Source of the DNA: Arcobacter sp.
GTDB taxonomy: Bacteria; Campylobacterota; Campylobacteria; Campylobacterales; Arcobacteraceae
Direction of reading: 5' to 3'
Assembly: GCA_965662175.1 (NCBI GenBank)
Contig: CBFIGT010000009.1
Span: 24,580-41,507, forward strand
DNA length: 16,928 nt
In this document: in pieces, positions 9,998 through 16,928 of the stretch
Numbering within the stretch: position 1 is the stretch's first letter
How the letters are laid out: every line of letters begins with the position of its first letter
Translations under genes and position numbers: made by a program
The notes under the pieces: generated by a model
Databases searched by the model: none
What the model was told of the DNA's origin: nothing
Seen by the model: only the letters and a program-made list of their open reading frames with translations

Positions 9998-11171
9998 CTT
10001 TTTTTACCCAACCTATCATACTTTTATTATCTTGATTAAATATAATTTTTATAAATTCACCTCTTTCAATAGAGACTTCAACCATATAATCTTTATTTGT
10101 TTTTTGGAAAATTGTTGATTTTTTTGTTGGTAAAATATAAATATAACTATCTTTTTTCAGTACACTTGTTTGATTTGGCATTACATAAATCAATAAAAAT
10201 ATTAAAGATATTAATCCTAATATTAAAAATATTTTTCTTCTTTTTATAATAAATATTAAAATAAATATAACTACAGCCGTTGCAAATGCTATTTTTTTAT
10301 ATAAAAGTAAATTACTCTTATTTGGATTTAAATCTGTTTGTGTACTAACTAACTCATTTTCAAGTATTATTGGTACTTTTACTGTTATAAATCTTTTTTC
10401 AAAACTATTATAATATGAGAAATCGATTTTTTTAGTATGTACGGGTAAAACTAAATAGTAAAGAAGATTTTGCTCAGGATAAGTATCTTCAATTTTTGAA
10501 ATACCTTGCTCTTTTACTCCTTTGATATAAAAGTCTTCTAAATTTGACTCTATTCCATTCATATCAAAGATTGTAATTAATTCTTCATTATTATACTGTT
10601 TTGTTTTATGGGCATTTATTATTAGATTTTTTGCTATTACTGAAGAGAAATTGTCAACATTTGTACCAATTTCACTAAACATAGTTTTTTTAGGTTTTAA
10701 ATTTTGTGTTTCAATTAATATATCATTTTTAAAAAGTGCTACTTGGAAAGTTGGTAATATAAAGTTTTTATCATATGCCTTAAAATAGAATCTATTTTCA
10801 AAGGTTTTATCTTCGTTTTTTATCCACTCAGAGTTTGCGTTTATAACATCCATATTTTTTGAATTTATAAAATTAGTTTCTATTCTATCATAATAATTTG
10901 TTGTAATAATTGCTTTAATAACAATCTCAAATCTTTGATTTTTGAAAATCTTTTCGGGGAAATATTTATAGTTTAAATAAAGATTTTGTGGTTTAGTTTT
11001 TTTTTCTTCTTTTTTTATTTCATTATCAATTTCAGACATTACTTCTGCCTTTCCAACACTATTAGTGCCAAAAACAGAACTCTCTTTTTTAGTAAAACTA
11101 TTATCATTCACTATATATTCATTGGAGAAAAGTGAAGATAAAAATAAAAGTAATAATAGTATGTATTTCAT
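9978..11171 (-). CDS. Exported/membrane protein of unknown function with a probable C-terminal SH3-like domain
   Basis: Signal peptide MKYILLLLLFLSSLFS, large soluble region, two hydrophobic helices separated by KRRK, and a C-terminus (IYILPT...S...IGWVKK) typical of bacterial SH3-like domains. It occupies the purQ-X-plsC slot known in Campylobacter. Confidence 0.7.
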   Translation of the reverse strand: MKYILLLLLFLSSLFSNEYIVNDNSFTKKESSVFGTNSVGKAEVMSEIDNEIKKEEKKTKPQNLYLNYKYFPEKIFKNQRFEIVIKAIITTNYYDRIETNFINSKNMDVINANSEWIKNEDKTFENRFYFKAYDKNFILPTFQVALFKNDILIETQNLKPKKTMFSEIGTNVDNFSSVIAKNLIINAHKTKQYNNEELITIFDMNGIESNLEDFYIKGVKEQGISKIEDTYPEQNLLYYLVLPVHTKKIDFSYYNSFEKRFITVKVPIILENELVSTQTDLNPNKSNLLLYKKIAFATAVVIFILIFIIKRRKIFLILGLISLIFLLIYVMPNQTSVLKKDSYIYILPTKKSTIFQKTNKDYMVEVSIERGEFIKIIFNQDNKSMIGWVKKDDLVKN

Positions 11172-11180
11172 TTTTTACCT

Positions 11181-11209
11181 AAAAAAAAGAGTAGTAAAAA
11201 CTACTCTTT
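11181..11209 (-). terminator. Intrinsic terminator downstream of purQ
   Basis: Minus strand reads AAAGAGTAGT-TTTT-ACTACTCTTT, with the stem running into a T8 tract. Confidence 0.8.
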
Positions 11210-11210
11210 G

Positions 11211-11882
11211 TTATTTGAAGAAACCTTTTAGCATATTTACACCATCAGCACATCCTAAAAGCTCTTCCATAGCTCTTTCAGGATGAGGCATTAGTCCGTA
11301 AACATTTTTTTCTTTATTACAAATACCTGCAATATTAGAAACAGAACCATTTATATTTTGTAAGTTTCCTTTACTATCACAATATTTTAAAAGTATTTGA
11401 TTATTCTCTTCTAGCTCTTTTAAACCAGCTTCGTCAATAAAGTAGTTTCCATCATGGTGAGCAACAGGGATATTTACCACATCATCTTTATTTAACTTAT
11501 TTAAAAACTCATTTTCGTTGTTGATTACTTTTAAATGATTAAACTTAGAGATAAAATGTAAAGAATCATTTCTTTTCATAGCACCAGGTAATAATCCTGC
11601 TTCAAGTAAGATTTGAAAACCATTACAAATACCAAGAACTTTTCCACCATTAGCAGCATACTCTTGAACAGAATCCATAATTTTTGCAAATCTAGCAATT
11701 GCACCACTTCTTAAATAATCACCATATGAAAATCCACCAGGAATAACAACCAAATCAATATTTTCAGGCAATTTTGTATCTTTATGCCAAATGATTTGAA
11801 CATTTGCCCCTAATTTTTCAAAAGCATATTGTGTGTCATACTCACAATTAGTCCCAGGAAATTGTAATACTGCTACATTCAT
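11211..11882 (-). CDS. purQ: FGAM synthase glutaminase subunit PurQ
   Basis: FPGTNC, PGGFSYGDYLRSGA, LGICNGFQIL (catalytic Cys), GLMPHPER (His-Glu). Confidence 0.97.
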   Translation of the reverse strand: MNVAVLQFPGTNCEYDTQYAFEKLGANVQIIWHKDTKLPENIDLVVIPGGFSYGDYLRSGAIARFAKIMDSVQEYAANGGKVLGICNGFQILLEAGLLPGAMKRNDSLHFISKFNHLKVINNENEFLNKLNKDDVVNIPVAHHDGNYFIDEAGLKELEENNQILLKYCDSKGNLQNINGSVSNIAGICNKEKNVYGLMPHPERAMEELLGCADGVNMLKGFFK

Positions 11883-11886
11883 AAGA

Positions 11887-12132
11887 CTACTCTACTATTT
11901 CTATATCGTAATCTTCAATTACAGTATTTGCAAGTAGTTTCTCACACATTTTAATAACTTCTGCATTTGCTTCATCTTTTGAAATCGCATTTAATTCTAA
12001 AATAATTTGTTTACCAATTCTAACATCTTTAACAACTTCTTTAAAACCTAAAGTATCTAAAGCATGGTGTGTTGCTTTACCTTGATCATCTAAAACACCT
12101 TGTTTTAATGCTACATTAACGATTGCTTTCAT
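11887..12132 (-). CDS. purS: FGAM synthase subunit PurS
   Basis: LKQGVLDDQGKA, VRIGK, MCEKLLANTVIEDY; 81 aa. Confidence 0.96.
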   Translation of the reverse strand: MKAIVNVALKQGVLDDQGKATHHALDTLGFKEVVKDVRIGKQIILELNAISKDEANAEVIKMCEKLLANTVIEDYDIEIVE

Positions 12133-12159
12133 TTATTACCTTCATTTAATTTTTTTGCA

Positions 12160-12165
12160 ATTATA
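12160..12165 (-). promoter_or_regulatory. Putative internal -10 element (TATAAT) for purS-purQ
   Basis: Minus strand reads TTTTAGATATAAT about 27 nt upstream of the purS ATG, with a GAAGG SD. Confidence 0.55.
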
Positions 12166-12186
12166 TCTAAAACTGCTTTATGTAAA

Positions 12187-13140
12187 CTATTTACTTAATC
12201 TATTAAGGATAGTCTCGTATCCACTTAAAATTTTATCTTTGATTTCTTGAGGAACATTAACTTCTAATTTCTCACCAGCTTTTAACTCTTTTGCTTGTTC
12301 TTTCCAGTTTTCTGCTTTTCCAAAATCTCTTAAAATTTGTTTATCCATTGAGATATAGTTTCCTGCATCAAAATCCTCTTTTGAGATAAATCTTGAACTT
12401 TCAGGAGTTAAAACTTCATCACCTAAAACCCACTCGCCTTTTGAATTAATAAAAATTTCAAACTTTGTATCAACAATTACAATTCCATTATCAAGTGCAA
12501 ATTGAGTAAAATCTTTAAATAGTTTTTCCATACTTGAAATAATTTCAGGAAATTTTTCTCTAATAACAGCTGAGTTTAGAGGCTCATCTTTTATTCCTTT
12601 TGTTGTAGGAGTAAAAATAGGAGTTTCAAATTTATGCCATTGAGCTAAAGTTGAAGATAACTCTAAACCATAAGGGTCTTTAGCATTTTGACAAGCTTCA
12701 TATAATGAACCAGTTAAATAGTTTCTAAAGATAAATTCAAACTGAACTACATCTCCATCAACTTCAGCTTCTAAAGGCTTACAAAGTTCCATAAATTGAC
12801 ATCTTGGTGCAATTTCTAAAGAAGGGTCAATAGCCTCATCTAAAATTGCAGTTCTAATACCTGATTCTTTTGCAAAATTTGCTCCATTATTTGAAATAGT
12901 AGTTTGAGAGACACCTTTTCCTTCAATTAGTAAATTTAATGGAATATCAAAAACTGAACATCTATCACTTCTTACTAATAATACTTTAGGCTCATTACCC
13001 GGACAAGTATAAAGGTCTGCATTTTTACCTATATAAAATAAATTGTATCCTAACTCTTCTAACTCTAAAATTCCTTTTTGAGTTGTAGTTTTCTTTGATT
13101 CTGGCCAAAGACCAAGTGCTACAATATCACTTATATTCAT
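12187..13140 (-). CDS. purC: SAICAR synthetase, long (ADE1-like) form
   Basis: GKNADLY, SDRCSVFD, GKG, RNYLTGS, PIFTPTTK, IVDTKFE, DEVLTPESSRF, DKQILRD; located upstream of purS-purQ. Confidence 0.88.
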   Translation of the reverse strand: MNISDIVALGLWPESKKTTTQKGILELEELGYNLFYIGKNADLYTCPGNEPKVLLVRSDRCSVFDIPLNLLIEGKGVSQTTISNNGANFAKESGIRTAILDEAIDPSLEIAPRCQFMELCKPLEAEVDGDVVQFEFIFRNYLTGSLYEACQNAKDPYGLELSSTLAQWHKFETPIFTPTTKGIKDEPLNSAVIREKFPEIISSMEKLFKDFTQFALDNGIVIVDTKFEIFINSKGEWVLGDEVLTPESSRFISKEDFDAGNYISMDKQILRDFGKAENWKEQAKELKAGEKLEVNVPQEIKDKILSGYETILNRLSK

Positions 13141-13154
13141 CTATAATCTTCCTT

Positions 13155-14450
13155 CTATTTATTTAAAATTATTAAACTTTTTAAAATATCAACACCAGTT
13201 TTTAGTTGATTATCTTCAAGTAACTGTTCATTTGTAATGGTTTTTTCATCATTTGTAGATTTTTCTACTTTTTTTAATTTTTTACCATCTACTTTTTCTA
13301 ACTCACCCTCTAAATGTTTTTTCAAATCTTTCTCTTTAATTGAAAAATCAGCATCTGGAGCTTTTACAGCAGATCCTGGATATGCAATAATATCAGGAGT
13401 AATTCCAGTAGCTTGGATAGTTCTTCCACTTGGTAAATAGTATTTTGCAATTGTTAATTTAATTCCTTCACTTTTATCAGCAGTGATTGGAAGTACAACT
13501 TGAACAGAACCTTTTCCAAAAGTTTTTTGTCCCACAACTACTGCTCTTTTATGATCTTGTAAAGCACCACTTACAATTTCAGAGGCTGAGGCACTTCCAC
13601 CATTTACAAGTACAACCAAAGGAACTCTTGAAATCGTTTTTGAATATGAAGCATTAAATAGCTCTTCATCTTGTGCTTCTCTACCTTTTTGAGATACTAT
13701 AACACCTTTATCAACAAAAAGGTCAGTAACTCCAATTGCTTGTGTTAAAAGACCACCTGGATTATTTCTTAAGTCTAAAATAATACCTTTTGTGCTTTTA
13801 TTCTCTTTTATTGCATCAACTAATCCATCAGTAACTTTTTTATCAAAACTTGTAACTCTTAGATATAAAATATCTTTACCAATTGTTTTAGAATAAACTG
13901 ATTGAATTTTTATAATATCTCTAACAATATCTATCACTAAAGGTTTGTTTTCAGATTTTCTAACAACTGTTAATGAAATGGTAGTTTTTGGTTTACCTCT
14001 CATTAATCCAACTGCTTCATCTAAAGTCATATTTAAAGTCGATTTTTCATCAATTTTTAAAATAATATCTTCTGACTCTACACCAGCATCATAAGCAGGT
14101 GTTCCATCAATTGGAGAAATTACAGTTAAAGCACCATCTCTCATACCTACTGTTATTCCTAGACCTCCAAACTCACCATCAGTTTGTATTTGCATCTCTT
14201 TAAAATATTTTTTATCCATATAAGTTGAATGAGCATCTAACTCTTGCATTAAACCTTTTAACGCTTTATTTACAATCTCTTGTAATTTTATTTCATCAAC
14301 ATAATACTTTTCAACAGTACCAATTACATTAGTAAGTTTAGATAAAGAATCAAACCTACTTTGGGTTTGCGTCTCTTGATTATCCTCTTTTGCAATGGCA
14401 AAATTAATAGAGACTAAAAAAACAATAATTGATAATAATAATTTATTCAT
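13155..14450 (-). CDS. ctpA: C-terminal processing protease, S41 family with PDZ domain
   Basis: Signal peptide, LDAHS, GEFGGLGI (PDZ), DLRNNPGGLL, SASASEIVSGALQD (catalytic Ser), TFGKGSVQ (Lys), YYLPSGRTIQ..GITPDI. Confidence 0.95.
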   Translation of the reverse strand: MNKLLLSIIVFLVSINFAIAKEDNQETQTQSRFDSLSKLTNVIGTVEKYYVDEIKLQEIVNKALKGLMQELDAHSTYMDKKYFKEMQIQTDGEFGGLGITVGMRDGALTVISPIDGTPAYDAGVESEDIILKIDEKSTLNMTLDEAVGLMRGKPKTTISLTVVRKSENKPLVIDIVRDIIKIQSVYSKTIGKDILYLRVTSFDKKVTDGLVDAIKENKSTKGIILDLRNNPGGLLTQAIGVTDLFVDKGVIVSQKGREAQDEELFNASYSKTISRVPLVVLVNGGSASASEIVSGALQDHKRAVVVGQKTFGKGSVQVVLPITADKSEGIKLTIAKYYLPSGRTIQATGITPDIIAYPGSAVKAPDADFSIKEKDLKKHLEGELEKVDGKKLKKVEKSTNDEKTITNEQLLEDNQLKTGVDILKSLIILNK

Positions 14451-14482
14451 TTTGTACCTTAATTCTTTTTAAATAAGGTAGT

Positions 14483-14534
14483 ATTATATTCAATTTTTCA
14501 TAAAAGTAAGATTTTATGAAAAATTTTGTACACT
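14483..14534. promoter_or_regulatory. Candidate divergent promoter pair flanking a perfect 14-bp inverted repeat
   Basis: TATAAT on minus at 14483-14488; AATTTTTCATAAAA (14492-14505)-GTAAGA-TTTTATGAAAAATT (14512-14525); TACACT on plus at 14529-14534. Confidence 0.55.
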
Positions 14535-14562
14535 TATAGCTAATTTTTTATAAGGTTAATCA

Positions 14563-15147
14563 ATGAGCATAAAAGAGAATATGGGCTTCGTAAAAGAAGA
14601 ACTTAGCAGTGAAGAGAAGTTTTTAGAAAGTTTCGTAAGAGTAGAGAGATTTTTCAAGAAGTATAAGTTTTTAATTATCGGTTTTGTGGTTCTTGTAGTT
14701 GGTGCATTTATAGCTTATAAAACTACCTCTTATTTAAAAGAAGAGAATAAAATAAAAGCTAATATTTTATTTGAAAAAGTATTAAACAATCCAAAAGATA
14801 TAAATTCACTTAATAGTTTAAAAGATTTAAATACAAAACTTTATGAAATTGCTATTTATAAACAATCTAAACTTGATGGGAAAAGTGTTGATATACAATT
14901 TACTCCATTTATTAAAGAGTTAGCAGCTTATGAAAAAGCTTTAAAAGAGCAAAATTTAGTAAAACTTAATGAGTCATCAATGCAAAAAGACTTTTTACTT
15001 AAAGAGTTTGCAATTTTTAATAGAGCTTTGATTTTAACAAAAGATGGAAAATATGAAGAAGCAAGAGATACTTTAAAACTTATTCCTCAAACATCACAAG
15101 TTAAAGATTTAGTATCTATATTAAATCACTATTTATTAACAAAATAA
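14563..15147 (+). CDS. Membrane-anchored helical/TPR-like protein, YfgM-like
   Basis: Short acidic N-terminus, FFKKYK then a single TM helix (FLIIGFVVLVVGAFIAY), helical body, and TPR-like C-terminus (RALILTKDGKYEEARDTL). Confidence 0.6.
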   Translation: MSIKENMGFVKEELSSEEKFLESFVRVERFFKKYKFLIIGFVVLVVGAFIAYKTTSYLKEENKIKANILFEKVLNNPKDINSLNSLKDLNTKLYEIAIYKQSKLDGKSVDIQFTPFIKELAAYEKALKEQNLVKLNESSMQKDFLLKEFAIFNRALILTKDGKYEEARDTLKLIPQTSQVKDLVSILNHYLLTK

Positions 15148-15155
15148 GGAAAAAA

Positions 15156-16127
15156 ATGAAATATTTATTAACTCTAATTTCAACTCTGTTTATATTTACA
15201 GCTTGTTCTCAAAAGCAATATTTTGAACCTGAGGATACTTACTCTTTCAAGAAGTCTTCTAAATCATTAGATTCATCTATTTCATCTTTTTCAAGAGATG
15301 GTGCCACACTTGAAAATGGTCAATTTATTACAGCACAAGGTATTTCTACAGCAAAAATACCTGAATCTTATCAAATATTAAATGTTAGTGAAAATAGAAC
15401 TATTGCAACAAATAATATAGATAAAGTTTTAGTAGATGGTAAAGAGATTCTTACAAATACAGCTGTTGTTTCAGCAACAATAAAAGATGATATCTTAGCA
15501 ATTGTAAATAGTGATAACTCTATTATGGCTTATGATTTAAGAGATGGTAAAACTATATTCAAAGAGTATTTATCTAAATCACTTGTAAATGATAATAGAA
15601 TTGCTAGTCCTTATTTTATGTCAAATATTATTCTTTTTCCTACACTAGATGGAAAAGTTGTTGTTGTATCTTCGCAAAACTATAAAGTTGTTAGAAATAT
15701 TATAGTTGATGCTGATAATAGATTTAATAATATTATTTTCCTAAATGTAGTAAATAATACACTAATTGCTGCAAGTCCAAATAAAATCATCTCTGTTGGT
15801 GATGGTGTTTTAAATATAAAAGAGTATGACTTAAGAGATATAATATCTCATGGTACAGATATTTATTTAGCTACAATTGATGGACAAATTGTAAAAACTG
15901 ATATTTCATTAAATGTAATGGATAGAAAAAAATATAAATTTGCAAAAATCTATGCCTTGGCTTATGGTGATTCATTATATGCTTTAGAGTCTCAAGGGTT
16001 TATGATAAATATTTCTGAAGATTTTAAATCTGATAAAATTTATGACTTTTCTTTTGATGAAGAGGATAAAGTTATAGTATTTGGTGATACACTATACTAC
16101 AACAATGAATATGTTAAATTAAAGTAG
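15156..16127 (+). CDS. Lipoprotein with a probable beta-propeller (PQQ-like/BamB-like; PgbB-like in Helicobacter)
   Basis: Lipobox FTA-C17; repeated short beta-strand blades (IMAYDLRDGK, FPTLDGKVVVV, YLATIDGQIVK); AAGGA SD. Confidence 0.65.
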   Translation: MKYLLTLISTLFIFTACSQKQYFEPEDTYSFKKSSKSLDSSISSFSRDGATLENGQFITAQGISTAKIPESYQILNVSENRTIATNNIDKVLVDGKEILTNTAVVSATIKDDILAIVNSDNSIMAYDLRDGKTIFKEYLSKSLVNDNRIASPYFMSNIILFPTLDGKVVVVSSQNYKVVRNIIVDADNRFNNIIFLNVVNNTLIAASPNKIISVGDGVLNIKEYDLRDIISHGTDIYLATIDGQIVKTDISLNVMDRKKYKFAKIYALAYGDSLYALESQGFMINISEDFKSDKIYDFSFDEEDKVIVFGDTLYYNNEYVKLK

Positions 16128-16148
16128 TTTTTACTACTTTAATTTAAC
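16113..16148. terminator. Bidirectional terminator hairpin between convergent genes
   Basis: GTTAAATTAAAGTAGT-TTTT-ACTACTTTAATTTAAC, a perfect 16-bp stem overlapping both stop codons. Confidence 0.75.
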
Positions 16149-16928
16149 TCTTTGAATCTATTTATATACTCAAAAATTTCATCTAAAATTGTTTCTATTT
16201 GTTCAGAAACAGTTAATATTTTAATATCATCTCTTTTTTTCATGCTTAAGCCATATATATTTAATAAACTATCAAGCTCTTGAGTTTTACTTTTAAATCT
16301 ACTCCATAAATCACTTTTTGAACTTAATTCTAAATCATACTTAATAATAAATGCTTCTATATTATTTCTATTTTCTATTTGCATATTTATCTCTTCTTGA
16401 TTGCTATTTACCTGATTTAATATAGCCTGTTTATAACGAGTAAACTCTATTTTAATACTATTAAGCTCTTGAGTAAAAGGAAAATTAGATATTCTATTCT
16501 CTAGTGTTTTATCATACTCATTTAGTGAAACAGCCCCTATCATATCCATAGCAACACTATTTGTTTTTATTGCTACATCTTTTGTTTTAGATGCCATAGT
16601 AGCGTTTGTTTGAGTAATTTCATCCAAATGGTTCATTGTTTCATTTATTTGTGTAAGATTTTGCATTTGCAACTCGTTTGATTTTTCAACATCATCAATT
16701 AATAGGGTATTTTCCTCTATCATCTTAGCCAAAAGATTAAAGCTATTCATCATCTCTTTAGAATAGTTTTTACCTTCATCTGATTTTATATTTGCAATCT
16801 CTACTAATTTTTTTATCTCTTTTGCCGCTTCAGCTGATCTTGTAGCTAAACTTCTAACCTCTGAGGCAACTACAGCAAAACCTTTACCTGCTTCACCTGC
16901 TGTTGCAGCTTCAACGGCAGCATTTAAA
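16139..16928 (-). CDS. Methyl-accepting chemotaxis protein, C-terminal part; the 5' end lies beyond the window
   Basis: The frame stays open past the track's start (16753) to the window edge and reads [43 protein letters not shown], the MCP hairpin-tip signature. [17 protein letters not shown] and a roughly 120-aa extra C-terminal domain follow. Confidence 0.95.
   Translation of the reverse strand, partial: LNAAVEAATAGEAGKGFAVVASEVRSLATRSAEAAKEIKKLVEIANIKSDEGKNYSKEMMNSFNLLAKMIEENTLLIDDVEKSNELQMQNLTQINETMNHLDEITQTNATMASKTKDVAIKTNSVAMDMIGAVSLNEYDKTLENRISNFPFTQELNSIKIEFTRYKQAILNQVNSNQEEINMQIENRNNIEAFIIKYDLELSSKSDLWSRFKSKTQELDSLLNIYGLSMKKRDDIKILTVSEQIETILDEIFEYINRFKELN

Noticed and set aside
10997..11005. 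T9 homopolymer (A9 on the coding strand) as a possible phase-variation tract
   Set aside because: A/T runs are expected in this AT-rich, Lys-rich sequence and the frame is intact. Phase variation in Campylobacter typically uses poly-G/C tracts, and I saw none.
11065..11286. 73-aa plus-strand ORF
   Set aside because: Antisense to two real genes and crosses a terminator hairpin.
11211..12132. purS-purQ without purL
   Set aside because: purL is commonly unlinked in Campylobacterota; absence from this window is not evidence of loss.
13237..13440. 67-aa plus-strand ORF
   Set aside because: Antisense to ctpA; its F/S richness simply mirrors Lys/Glu codons on the coding strand.
16139..16753. Stand-alone 204-aa protein as listed in the ORF track
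   Set aside because: The frame is open to the window edge and contains the MCP signature, so this is the 3' part of a longer gene rather than a separate gene or pseudogene.

Overview
Very AT-rich, densely coding chromosomal segment from a Campylobacterota bacterium, most consistent with Arcobacteraceae (inference from gene order and protein character). It is essentially core genome. In order along the window: pheA (5' end only), a HAD-IIA hydrolase, lysA, fabI, tpiA, pgk and gap on the minus strand; divergent nadD-rsfS on plus; argS, tatA, fluC/crcB, plsC, an exported SH3-like membrane protein, purQ, purS, purC and ctpA on minus; a divergent pair on plus (membrane-anchored YfgM-like protein and a beta-propeller-like lipoprotein); and the 3' part of a methyl-accepting chemotaxis gene on minus. 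I see no mobile element, CRISPR array, tRNA/rRNA or defence system, and no clear large novel system. The best leads are: (1) an unannotated 38-aa hydrophobic small protein translationally coupled to argS; (2) a candidate symmetric bidirectional promoter built around a perfect 14-bp inverted repeat; (3) a long, ADE1-like purC in the slot where the short PurC is expected; (4) a chemoreceptor ending in an apparently ligand-less CZB-like domain; (5) an identical 16-nt hairpin core in two terminators; (6) a yfgM-bamB-like gene pair.
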